Assembly (NCBI GenBank): GCA_017619815.1
Contig: JAFZRR010000047.1
Location: 9,074 to 73,073 of the forward strand
Direction: 5' to 3'
Length of the DNA: 64,000 bases
Origin: Bacilli bacterium
GTDB lineage: Bacteria; Bacillota_I; Bacilli_A; RFN20; CAG-826
In this document: in pieces, positions 43,601-52,573 of the stretch
Numbering within the stretch: the stretch's first letter is position 1
Layout: each line of letters starts with the position of its first letter
The notes under the pieces: generated by a model
Told to the model about the DNA's origin: nothing
What the model saw: only the letters and a program-made list of their open reading frames with translations
The model's database searches: none
Position numbers and translations under genes: made by a program

Positions 43601-44020
43601 ATGCCAACCATTAACCAATTAGTTCGTGAAGGTCGCCACAACAAGACTTGGAAATCCAAGGCTCCAGCTCTCGGCACAAGATGGAACTCTTTAAAGAAGA
43701 AAAACATCGGTCAAGCCGCTAGCCAAAAACGTGGTGTCTGCACCCGTGTCGGTACAATGACTCCTAAAAAACCTAACTCTGCGTTAAGAAAATACGCCCG
43801 TGTTAGATTATCAAACGGATATGAAGTCACAGCCTACATCGGTGGTGAAGGTCACAACTTACAAGAACACTCCACAGTTATGATTAGAGGTGGACGTGTT
43901 AAAGATTTACCAGGTGTTAGATATCACATCGTTCGTGGTACTCTCGACTGCGCTGGTATCGAAGCTCGCCGTCAAGGTAGAAGCTTATATGGCACTAAAA
44001 AGCCAAAAGGAAACGAATAA
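43601..44020 (+). CDS. rpsL: 30S ribosomal protein S12
   Basis: MPTINQLVR..., [23 protein letters not shown]. Confidence 0.97.
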   Translation: MPTINQLVREGRHNKTWKSKAPALGTRWNSLKKKNIGQAASQKRGVCTRVGTMTPKKPNSALRKYARVRLSNGYEVTAYIGGEGHNLQEHSTVMIRGGRVKDLPGVRYHIVRGTLDCAGIEARRQGRSLYGTKKPKGNE

Positions 44021-44039
44021 TTGATAGGAGGAAAACATT

Positions 44040-44507
44040 ATGCGTAAAGGAAATGCAGTAAAACGTGACGTCTTACCAGATCCAATTTATAACAGTAAGT
44101 TAGTCACTCGTTTAATTAACAAAATTATGCTTGATGGTAAAAAGGGAACTGCTCAAAACATTCTCTATTCCGCCTTCAAGAGAATCGAAGCGAAAACAGG
44201 ACAACCAGCAATGGACGTCTTTGCAACAGCGCTTAACAACATTATGCCAACCGTTGAATTAAAAATGAGACGTGTTGGTGGTAGCAACTTCCAAGTTCCA
44301 ACCGAAGTTACCCCAGATAGAAAGGTCACATTAGGTCTTAGATGGTTAGTTAACTATTCCCGTTTAAGAAATGAAAAGAGCATGGAAGAACGCTTAGCTA
44401 ATGAAATCATCGATGCCGCTAACGGCACAGGTGCTTCTGTTAAGAAGAGAGAAGATACTCACAAGATGGCAGAAGCCAACAAAGCTTACGCCCATTATCG
44501 TTGGTAA
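44040..44507 (+). CDS. rpsG: 30S ribosomal protein S7
   Basis: 155 aa, [22 protein letters not shown]-terminal AHYRW. Confidence 0.97.
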   Translation: MRKGNAVKRDVLPDPIYNSKLVTRLINKIMLDGKKGTAQNILYSAFKRIEAKTGQPAMDVFATALNNIMPTVELKMRRVGGSNFQVPTEVTPDRKVTLGLRWLVNYSRLRNEKSMEERLANEIIDAANGTGASVKKREDTHKMAEANKAYAHYRW

Positions 44508-44525
44508 TCCGGGAGGGAATAATTT

Positions 44526-46607
44526 ATGGCAAATCGTGAATTTGACTTAGCCCATACCCGTAATATCGGTATCATGGCTCACATCGACGCCGGTAAAACA
44601 ACCACAACTGAACGTATTCTTTATTTCACTGGTAAAATCCATAAGATTGGCGAAACCCATGAAGGTGCCGCTACTATGGACTGGATGGCCCAAGAACAAG
44701 AAAGAGGTATTACAATTACCTCCGCTGCTACAACAGCACACTGGAAGGGCAATCGTATTAACATCATCGACACTCCGGGGCACGTCGACTTCACCGTTGA
44801 AGTTGAACGTTCACTTCGTGTCTTAGACGGTGCTATCACCGTTCTCGATGGTAAAAGTGGTGTTGAACCACAAACAGAAACCGTTTGGAGACAAGGTAGC
44901 AAATATGGCGTTCCTAGAATCGTCTTTGTTAACAAACTCGACGCTATCGGTGCTGACTTCGAAATGAGTGTTCGCTCATTATACGAAAGACTCGGTGCTA
45001 ACGCCGCTGCTGTCCAATACCCAATCGGCATTGAAAGTTCTTTAAGCGGATGTATCGATATCATTGAACAAAAGGCTTATCAATACACATCTGATGTGCA
45101 TGATGAACCACAAGAAATCGCCATCCCTGAAGAATATAAAGCCAAAGTCCAAGAATTAAGAGGCAAATTATTCGAAGCATTATCTAACTTCGATGAAGAA
45201 ATCTTAATGATGGTCTTAGAAGGTGAAGAACCATCTGTTGAAAAGACTAAAGAAGTTATTCGTAAAGCCGTTTTAACAGGTGAATTCCACCCAGTCTTCT
45301 GTGGTAGTGCCTATAAGAACAAAAACATTCAAATGCTCTTAGATGGCGTTATTGACTACTTACCAAGCCCACTCGACATCAATCCTGCAAAAGGTACTGA
45401 TGACAGAGGTAACGAAGTTGTCTGCCAACCAACAGATGACGCTCCATTAGCCGCCTTAGCATTTAAAATCGCGACAGACCCATTCATTGGCCGTTTAGCC
45501 TATGTCCGTGTCTACAGCGGTGTCTTAAAAGCCGGTAGCTATGTCCTCAACAGCACCAAAGGTGTTAAAGAAAGAATCGGCCGTGTCGTGTTAATGCACT
45601 CTAACCACCGTCAAGAAGTTGAAGAACTCCATGCTGGTGATATCGGTGCCGTTATCGGTCTTAAAAACACCATTACTGGTGACACACTCTGTGAAGAAAA
45701 ACACGAAATCATCTTAGAAAAGATGGAATTCCCAGATCCAGTTATCGAAGAAGCTGTTGAACCAAAAACTAAAGCAGACCAAGAAAAGATGGCCATTGCT
45801 TTACAAAAATTAGCGGAAGAAGATCCAACCTTCAAAGTCCGTACCAATGCGGAAACAGGTCAAACCTTAATCGCTGGTGTCGGTGAATTACACTTAGACA
45901 TCATCGTCGACCGTATGAGAAGAGAATTCGGTGTTCAAGTTAACGTCGGTGCTCCTCAAGTCGAATATAAGGAAACCATCAAATCCACAGCGGAATGTGA
46001 AGGTAAGTACATCAAACAATCCGGTGGTCGTGGTCAATACGGTCACGTCTGGATCAAGTTTGAACCAAACCCAGGCAAAGGCTTCGAATTCGTTGACGCC
46101 GTTGTCGGTGGTACCGTTCCAAGAGAATACATCAAACCAACTCAAGATGGTTTAGTGGACGCTCTTAAGAGAGGTATGGTTGCAGGCTTTGATGTCATGG
46201 ATATTAAAGCGACATTATTCGACGGTAGTTCCCACGATGTCGATAGTAGTGAAGCCGCTTACAAGATTGCTGCTTCCTTAGCTCTTAAAGAAGCTGCAAA
46301 GAAATGTAACCCAGTCATTCTTGAACCAATCATGAAGATTGAAGTTACAATTCCTGAACAATACTATGGTGACGTCTTAGGTGATATCTCTCGTAGAAGA
46401 GGTAACATCATGGGCGAAAGCCAAAGAAACAACGCCAAAACAATCGAAGCAGAAGTTCCATTATGCGAAATGTTCGGTTATGTTACCGACTTACGTAGTA
46501 TGACTCAAGGTCGTGGTAACTACGTCATGCAATTCGATCACTATGGCGAATGTCCAAAATACGTTCAAGAAGAAATTATTAAAAAGAGTGGCATGTCCGC
46601 TCGCTAA
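44526..46607 (+). CDS. fusA: elongation factor G
   Basis: [33 protein letters not shown]. 693 aa. Confidence 0.97.
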   Translation: MANREFDLAHTRNIGIMAHIDAGKTTTTERILYFTGKIHKIGETHEGAATMDWMAQEQERGITITSAATTAHWKGNRINIIDTPGHVDFTVEVERSLRVLDGAITVLDGKSGVEPQTETVWRQGSKYGVPRIVFVNKLDAIGADFEMSVRSLYERLGANAAAVQYPIGIESSLSGCIDIIEQKAYQYTSDVHDEPQEIAIPEEYKAKVQELRGKLFEALSNFDEEILMMVLEGEEPSVEKTKEVIRKAVLTGEFHPVFCGSAYKNKNIQMLLDGVIDYLPSPLDINPAKGTDDRGNEVVCQPTDDAPLAALAFKIATDPFIGRLAYVRVYSGVLKAGSYVLNSTKGVKERIGRVVLMHSNHRQEVEELHAGDIGAVIGLKNTITGDTLCEEKHEIILEKMEFPDPVIEEAVEPKTKADQEKMAIALQKLAEEDPTFKVRTNAETGQTLIAGVGELHLDIIVDRMRREFGVQVNVGAPQVEYKETIKSTAECEGKYIKQSGGRGQYGHVWIKFEPNPGKGFEFVDAVVGGTVPREYIKPTQDGLVDALKRGMVAGFDVMDIKATLFDGSSHDVDSSEAAYKIAASLALKEAAKKCNPVILEPIMKIEVTIPEQYYGDVLGDISRRRGNIMGESQRNNAKTIEAEVPLCEMFGYVTDLRSMTQGRGNYVMQFDHYGECPKYVQEEIIKKSGMSAR

Positions 46608-46625
46608 TGCCAATTTAAATTGGTA

Positions 46626-46654
46626 TTGCTAATTAAAAATTATTGCTATATTAT
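46626..46654 (+). promoter_or_regulatory. candidate internal promoter for tuf
   Basis: TTGCTA-N17-TATTAT in the 97-nt fusA-tuf spacer, after a ccaattt/aaattgg palindrome. Confidence 0.35.
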
Positions 46655-46704
46655 GATTTCGTTGCAAAATTGCATATACGAAAGAGAAGGGAGATTTCAA
46701 TTTT

Positions 46705-47889
46705 ATGGCAAAACAACATTTTGACAGAACCAAACAACACGTTAATATTGGTACAATTGGTCACGTTGACCACGGTAAAACAACATTAACCGCTGCCATT
46801 ACTTCTGTCTTAGCTAAAAAGGGCGGTGCTGTCAAAACCGATTATGCACAAATCGACTCCGCTCCAGAAGAAAAAGCTCGTGGTATTACAATCAACACAG
46901 CTCACATCGAATATCAAACAGAAACAAGACACTATGCTCACGTTGACTGCCCAGGGCACGCTGACTATGTTAAAAACATGATTACAGGTGCTGCACAAAT
47001 GGATGGTGCAATCCTTGTTGTCGCAGGTACAGATGGCGTTATGCCACAAACACGTGAACACATCTTACTTGCTCGTCAAGTCGGTGTTCCATACATCGTT
47101 GTCTTCATCAACAAGACTGACTTAGTCGACGATCCAGAATTATTAGACTTAGTCGAAATGGATGTCCGTGACTTATTAAACAGCTACGGTTTCCCAGGCG
47201 ACGAAGTTCCAGTGATTCGTGGTTCCGCTCGTAAAGCCCTTGATGGTGACCCAGCAGAAGAAGCTAACATCATGAAATTAATGGATGCTTGTGATTCTTA
47301 CATCCCAGCTCCAGCTCGTGAAAACGACAAACCATTCTTACTCGCGATCGAAGACGTTATGACAATTTCTGGTCGTGGTACAGTTGTTACAGGCCGTGTC
47401 GAACGTGGTCAAGCCAAACTTGGCGACGAAGTCGAAATCGTCGGTATCAAACCAACCCAAAAATCTGTTATTACAGGTCTTGAATCCTTCCGTAAGATCT
47501 TAGACTACGCCGAAGCAGGCGATAACGTTGGTGTCTTATTAAGAGGTATCAACCGTGACCAAGTCCAACGTGGTCAAGTCTTAGCAAAACCAGGTTCCGT
47601 TACACCACACAGCAAATTCACAGGTCAAGTCTACGTTTTAACAAAAGAAGAAGGTGGCCGTCACACAGCGTTCTTAACAAACTACCGTCCACAATTCTAC
47701 TTCCGTACAACAGACGTTACCGGTGTTATCACACTTCCTGCAGGTGTTGACATGGTTATGCCTGGCGATAACGTTGAATTAACAGTTGAATTAATTCACC
47801 CAATCGCTATGGAAAAAGGTACCAAATTCTCCATCCGTGAAGGTGGCAGAACAGTCGGTGCTGGTACAGTTAGCGAAATTATTAAATAA
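46705..47889 (+). CDS. tuf: elongation factor Tu
   Basis: [27 protein letters not shown]. 394 aa. Confidence 0.97.
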   Translation: MAKQHFDRTKQHVNIGTIGHVDHGKTTLTAAITSVLAKKGGAVKTDYAQIDSAPEEKARGITINTAHIEYQTETRHYAHVDCPGHADYVKNMITGAAQMDGAILVVAGTDGVMPQTREHILLARQVGVPYIVVFINKTDLVDDPELLDLVEMDVRDLLNSYGFPGDEVPVIRGSARKALDGDPAEEANIMKLMDACDSYIPAPARENDKPFLLAIEDVMTISGRGTVVTGRVERGQAKLGDEVEIVGIKPTQKSVITGLESFRKILDYAEAGDNVGVLLRGINRDQVQRGQVLAKPGSVTPHSKFTGQVYVLTKEEGGRHTAFLTNYRPQFYFRTTDVTGVITLPAGVDMVMPGDNVELTVELIHPIAMEKGTKFSIREGGRTVGAGTVSEIIK

Positions 47890-47909
47890 TTTAGTTAAAC
47901 TTATACAAG

Positions 47910-47940
47910 AAGCCCATCCTTATGGATGGGTTTTTCTTTT
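47910..47940 (+). terminator. rho-independent terminator after tuf
   Basis: cccatcc-ttat-ggatggg followed by tttttctttt. Confidence 0.8.
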
Positions 47941-47950
47941 GTCTTTATCG

Positions 47951-47959
47951 TGTTATAAT
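47951..47959 (+). promoter_or_regulatory. extended -10 box TGTTATAAT ending 6 nt before the ATG of the nuclease lipoprotein gene
   Basis: Read directly. No SD between the box and ATG 47966, so a leaderless transcript is plausible. Confidence 0.4.
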
Positions 47960-47965
47960 CTAGCC

Positions 47966-49102
47966 ATGAAATATAAAAGATTTCTTTTGATTGGTTCGAT
48001 AATTCCAATACTTTTATCTGGTTGTACAAAAGCGAATTCCTTTATCGGTGGAGATTTAATTTTCACGGAATTCTATGTCGGTGAAGTATACGCCAATAGA
48101 GCGGTGGAAATCGCTAATGTTGGAAACAAAGAATTAGATTTATCTAAATATCACATTTCTATCTTTAGAGATGGTGGACAAGAAAAAGCCAAACCCACAG
48201 ATAAAATCTATTTAGAAGGAAGTCTTCAACCTGGTGAAACATATGTCATTGCCTATAGCGAAGCGAAAGAAGAAATAAAAGCAAAAGCTAACTTAATAAG
48301 TGAAGATTTATTAAATGATGGTACTTTCCCGATGACTATTAATAATAAAAAGGAACAAGTTATCGATTATTTAGGATATCCTGGATATTTTTATAATCTC
48401 GCACAATGTGGGGACGCAGTAAGAAAAGTAGAGAAGTTAAGCGCGTCTACATATAACGCTTATGATTGGATTAGGTATCCAACAAGTAATTTAGACAACT
48501 TAGGTAATTTAAATTGTTTAGATAATAAAACAATCTTCAAAGGTCCAAAACTCACCACAGAAGACTTTAATAAACCATATGCAGTCAATAATAGCACTGC
48601 AGGTGGTGGCGCAGTGAAAGTATCACTTAATTACACAATCGATGGAGATACAACTAAATTTAACTTCCCTTCCTCTTTAGCGGAGTTTGGTTTATCAGGC
48701 AGCCAATCTGTTAGATATTACGGAATTAATACTCCAGAACTCCCTCATGGTGGTAATCCCGCAGATCCATATGGACCAGAAGCCAGGGATTTCACGAATA
48801 ATATCATTAACTCTGCAAAGCACTTTGTTGTGCAATCTATCGAAGGATACGAATTAACGGAAACATATGGAAGAATATTAGCCTATGTTTGGGTATCTTT
48901 TGAGAATAATCCAGAACCAAGTGACTATTTCTTACTCAATCACTACATCTTACAAAACGGTTTTGCTCGTGTTGGACGTATTGAAAGAGGTAGTTATAAC
49001 GATTTAATGCTTTATAATGGTATCAGTTACGTCGAATATTTCTATGACGCTCAACAATACGCAATCAGTAATAAATTACATATCTATGAGGAGGGTTTGT
49101 AA
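47966..49102 (+). CDS. lipoprotein: lamin-tail-domain (LTD) plus staphylococcal-nuclease (SNase) domain extracellular nuclease
   Basis: Lipobox LSGC. LIFTEFYVGEVYANRAVEIANVGNKELDLSKYHISIF matches the LTD pattern of NucH/ExeM-type nucleases. C-terminal TIDGDTTKF...VRYYGINTPE...YGRILAYVW is an SNase core. The ORF-track start 47837 overlaps tuf and is rejected. Confidence 0.75.
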   Translation: MKYKRFLLIGSIIPILLSGCTKANSFIGGDLIFTEFYVGEVYANRAVEIANVGNKELDLSKYHISIFRDGGQEKAKPTDKIYLEGSLQPGETYVIAYSEAKEEIKAKANLISEDLLNDGTFPMTINNKKEQVIDYLGYPGYFYNLAQCGDAVRKVEKLSASTYNAYDWIRYPTSNLDNLGNLNCLDNKTIFKGPKLTTEDFNKPYAVNNSTAGGGAVKVSLNYTIDGDTTKFNFPSSLAEFGLSGSQSVRYYGINTPELPHGGNPADPYGPEARDFTNNIINSAKHFVVQSIEGYELTETYGRILAYVWVSFENNPEPSDYFLLNHYILQNGFARVGRIERGSYNDLMLYNGISYVEYFYDAQQYAISNKLHIYEEGL

Positions 49103-50256
49103 TGAATAAGAATTATCGTGTTTTATTTTCTCTAGCTTCAGTTATTTTATTAACTGCTTGTAGCGCACCTAGTGGTTTAAAAGTTACTGGTTCTACTCAT
49201 TTTACTGAAGTACAAGAAGCATATTTAAAAAGTTCTAACATCGAAGATACAACTCCATATAACGGAAATATGTCTTTAAGCGCACCTGCTCCAACAGTAT
49301 TAAAGTGGAGTGGTAGCAGTCTTCAAGGATATGTAGTTAACATTTATAAAGATAAAGAACTTAAAGATTTAGCATTCAGCTACACCACAAAGAAAACGTC
49401 ATTAGAATTCTATAATGAAGAATTGAATAAAGTATATTATTGGAATGTTACAGATAAAGCCTCTAACAAAGTTAGCGAAACTCATGGTTTCCAAAACATC
49501 ATCAACGTTGCGGGTCCAAGAAACCTCAATATTGATGGAGTAGAAAACTTCAGAGATATCGGTGGTTGGGGTGTTTTAACTGACCAAGGATATCAACGTT
49601 ATATGAAACAAGGCATGGTCTATCGTTCAGGTAGATTTAACGAAGATAAAGCGGATGAAGTGAATATTACCGCAAGTGCGGAAGGTATTCGTGAAGCCAA
49701 AGAAAACCTCAAGATTAAAACTGAAATTGACTTTAGAAGAAGTAGTAATAATGAAATTGGTTCTTTAACCAGTTCCGCATTAGGTGAAGGTGTTAATTAC
49801 TATAATTTACCAATGTTATATGAAGGTAAGAATCTCCTCACCTTTACTGGTAAGTCTGGTAAAGATACATATGAATACAATAATCCAGCGATGATTAAAC
49901 AATTCTTTGAAATCCTTTCTGATGAGAATAACTATCCAGTGAATTTCCACTGTTCCATAGGAAAAGATAGAACTGGTTGTTTAGCCTTCTTATTAGAAGG
50001 ATTATTAGGATTTGATCAAGAAGTGATGAATAGAGACTACATGTTCACTAACTTCGCAAATGCCGGTATGTGTAAACTACAAGATGATATCTATGCTTCA
50101 AATAGATATGGCTATACATTAGAAAACTACGAAAACGGTAGCACAATTAACGAAAAGATTTATAACTATCTAAAAGATGTCATCGGTGTTGAAGCAGAAA
50201 AACTCGATAATATTATCTCTATTTTAAAAGTAGATTATATCGATCCTCTTAATTAA
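49102..50256 (+). CDS. lipoprotein with protein-tyrosine-phosphatase-fold (CX5R, Y_phosphatase3-like) domain
   Basis: Lipobox LTAC. VENFRDIGGW...VYRSGRF and the HCSIGKDRTG P-loop. Start overlaps the nuclease stop (TAATG). Confidence 0.7.
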   Translation: MNKNYRVLFSLASVILLTACSAPSGLKVTGSTHFTEVQEAYLKSSNIEDTTPYNGNMSLSAPAPTVLKWSGSSLQGYVVNIYKDKELKDLAFSYTTKKTSLEFYNEELNKVYYWNVTDKASNKVSETHGFQNIINVAGPRNLNIDGVENFRDIGGWGVLTDQGYQRYMKQGMVYRSGRFNEDKADEVNITASAEGIREAKENLKIKTEIDFRRSSNNEIGSLTSSALGEGVNYYNLPMLYEGKNLLTFTGKSGKDTYEYNNPAMIKQFFEILSDENNYPVNFHCSIGKDRTGCLAFLLEGLLGFDQEVMNRDYMFTNFANAGMCKLQDDIYASNRYGYTLENYENGSTINEKIYNYLKDVIGVEAEKLDNIISILKVDYIDPLN

Positions 50257-50272
50257 TATATAATTAATAGCA

Positions 50273-51445
50273 ATGAGCGAAAAGAAAACCAAAGTAGTGG
50301 AACTACGTCCACTCGGAAAATTTAAAAGAATACTATTATTCTTAGGTGATTACTTTATCACCTTTATCTTTTCTTTTATTCTTTTTAATTTAGCGGTTTT
50401 CCCATTAGCAAAAGTGATTTGTAAAACTAATCAGAAATCTCAAGAGATTGCAAATTTAGAAAAAGCCTCAAATGATTTACTAATCGGTAGTGGAATTCTC
50501 TTTGAAGATCCAGAAGGAACTTTTGAGTTCAAAGAGCACGTTAATTACACCTTTAAAGTGTTCCTTTCTTATTACGCTTTTGATGATGAAAATGTCGACA
50601 CAAATCATCCTCAATATGGTCATAAAGAAGAAAACGAAGTCCTTAGACATTACTATGTGACTTATATGCATGATACCACTGATGGTGCTGCTTCCTATTT
50701 AGCGGATTTTGCTAATGTCAATGAAGATGGTATGTTCACCATTGGTGAAACTATTAATGACATTAAATTAAAATCTGATTATAAAGAATTATTAGGTACA
50801 GAACTTTTAGAGCAAACTGATGAGAGCAAATACTCCGTCAATATGACCAATTTCCGTGATCATATTTTTGCGAAACTTTTCTATCTCCACGTCTATGAAG
50901 ACATCAATACAAATGACTTCGTAAAAGATGATATATCCTTTAAAGGATGTCTTAATAGAATTGGTGAAATTAATAACTATTTGAAATGGGTGGCAACATG
51001 GCCAGCGATTATTTCCGCAGTATTATCTTGGGGAATTGTTTACTTAATGTATCCAATGATTAATCGCGAAAGAAGAACGATGACAATGTCCGTGATGAAA
51101 CTTAATAAATTAAAGATGGTCTCAATGGTGGACATTAACCGCAAAGATGTCGCTCTTCAATCTTTCTATAATTTATTACTTTCAATGAGTTCAGTTTTGT
51201 TCTTGCCGGTCCTATATTTTGGTTTTGCGTATTGCTTTAACCTACCACTTTTATTCATTTTGACAGCTATCTCTATCGTTCTCACTCTTACGTCATTATT
51301 CTTTATCTTGTTTAATGAACACAATAGAAGCGGTAGTGATGTTCTTACTTTTTCTGTTGTTATACCAACAGAGGAAATTGATAATATATACAAAGAGAAA
51401 TTAAACGATGAAAGATCCGTATCAAGTCAAGGAACATCAGAATAA
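50273..51445 (+). CDS. RDD-like polytopic membrane protein with large extracytoplasmic insert
   Basis: KRILLFLGDYFITFIF N-terminal helix, about 190-aa soluble region, C-terminal TM bundle. RDD assignment is tentative. Confidence 0.45.
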   Translation: MSEKKTKVVELRPLGKFKRILLFLGDYFITFIFSFILFNLAVFPLAKVICKTNQKSQEIANLEKASNDLLIGSGILFEDPEGTFEFKEHVNYTFKVFLSYYAFDDENVDTNHPQYGHKEENEVLRHYYVTYMHDTTDGAASYLADFANVNEDGMFTIGETINDIKLKSDYKELLGTELLEQTDESKYSVNMTNFRDHIFAKLFYLHVYEDINTNDFVKDDISFKGCLNRIGEINNYLKWVATWPAIISAVLSWGIVYLMYPMINRERRTMTMSVMKLNKLKMVSMVDINRKDVALQSFYNLLLSMSSVLFLPVLYFGFAYCFNLPLLFILTAISIVLTLTSLFFILFNEHNRSGSDVLTFSVVIPTEEIDNIYKEKLNDERSVSSQGTSE

Positions 51446-52493
51446 CGAAGTACTTCGTGTCGAATATACTAGACCAAAGTTTTGGCATCGTTGCATGGCC
51501 AATTTTACTGACTTTGCAATTATGCTTGCGACATTCCTTGGTTTATTTATCGGTGTGAGAGCGATTGTTCAAAATACTCCTTCCTACAAAGCATCTCTAT
51601 CTAGGATGAGTGAAATCCAAATTCAATCTGGTTTATATGTGAGTTCTGAAGAAGGACAAACCGCGACAAAGAATATGGATCTCATTTATTACTGTGATAC
51701 ATATTTAGGTTCCTATGGAAAGTATTACGATATTAACGAAGAAATTACTGATCCAAAAACCAAAAACGCTTATGTTATTTTAGGACTTCAAAAATTCTTT
51801 ACATATTGTAGTGATGAAAACAATTGTCCAAATGAAAGATATGTCGAATTATTAACATATTTTGATGAAGCGAGATTAACACCAACTTTAAACGATATTC
51901 ATTATTACATCAAAGATGCGGATGATAAGATTATTCCTAATGAAACGCTTGCAGATAACGCAACATATTCCGATGAATATTACACCTATGTATTTAAACC
52001 ATTTATCGAAAAGAAAGCCTTACCATTTTTAAGCGCAAACGTTCCTGAATATAGAACTCTCAGTAAGGTCGATTATAACTATTTGTTATTCTTAGAATTA
52101 CCTGTCGCCTATGCTGTTGCGGGCATCCTTACTTATTTAGTTCCTCCATTATTCTTTAGAAGAGGAAGAAAAACCTTAGGAAAAGCTTTATACCATATCG
52201 GTTTAATCGATGGTCGTGTATTATCTCCAACCTTCCCTCGTTTCTTAGCGAGATTTGCCATCTTCTTCTTTGGAGAACTAATACTTTCATTGTTCTCGTT
52301 TGGCATACCCTACATTATTTCATTTTCTCTCATGGCCTTCAGCAAGAAAAAACAAGGATTCCCAGATTACATGCTTGGTTTATATGAGATAGATACTTCG
52401 AAGGCAAACATATATATGGATTATGTAGAGGCTCAACTCAAAAACGAGCTTCACGGCAAAGCAATTGACTTCAAAATGAAGGAGCGCCTATAA
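51408..52493 (+). CDS. RDD-family membrane protein with large extracytoplasmic insert
   Basis: FWHRCMANFTDFAIM (R..A...D) and RRGRKTLGKALYHIGLID, typical RDD features. The 38-nt overlap with the upstream gene makes the start uncertain. Confidence 0.5.
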   Translation: MKDPYQVKEHQNNEVLRVEYTRPKFWHRCMANFTDFAIMLATFLGLFIGVRAIVQNTPSYKASLSRMSEIQIQSGLYVSSEEGQTATKNMDLIYYCDTYLGSYGKYYDINEEITDPKTKNAYVILGLQKFFTYCSDENNCPNERYVELLTYFDEARLTPTLNDIHYYIKDADDKIIPNETLADNATYSDEYYTYVFKPFIEKKALPFLSANVPEYRTLSKVDYNYLLFLELPVAYAVAGILTYLVPPLFFRRGRKTLGKALYHIGLIDGRVLSPTFPRFLARFAIFFFGELILSLFSFGIPYIISFSLMAFSKKKQGFPDYMLGLYEIDTSKANIYMDYVEAQLKNELHGKAIDFKMKERL

Positions 52494-52512
52494 CGCTCTT
52501 TCTTTTTATTTG

Positions 52513-52541
52513 TTTACAAAACGCACATATTTGCCTACAAT
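52513..52541 (+). promoter_or_regulatory. candidate promoter of the 712-aa protein / ABC transporter operon
   Basis: TTTACA-N17-TACAAT, 33 nt upstream of ATG 52574. Confidence 0.45.
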
Positions 52542-52573
52542 ATGAGTGTATTAAAAATTAAGGCGGCTTAGAT

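Noticed and set aside
47837-47965. N-terminal extension of the nuclease ORF overlapping the 3' end of tuf
   Set aside because: The extension crosses the tuf stop and the terminator hairpin. A lipoprotein signal peptide begins exactly at Met 47966.
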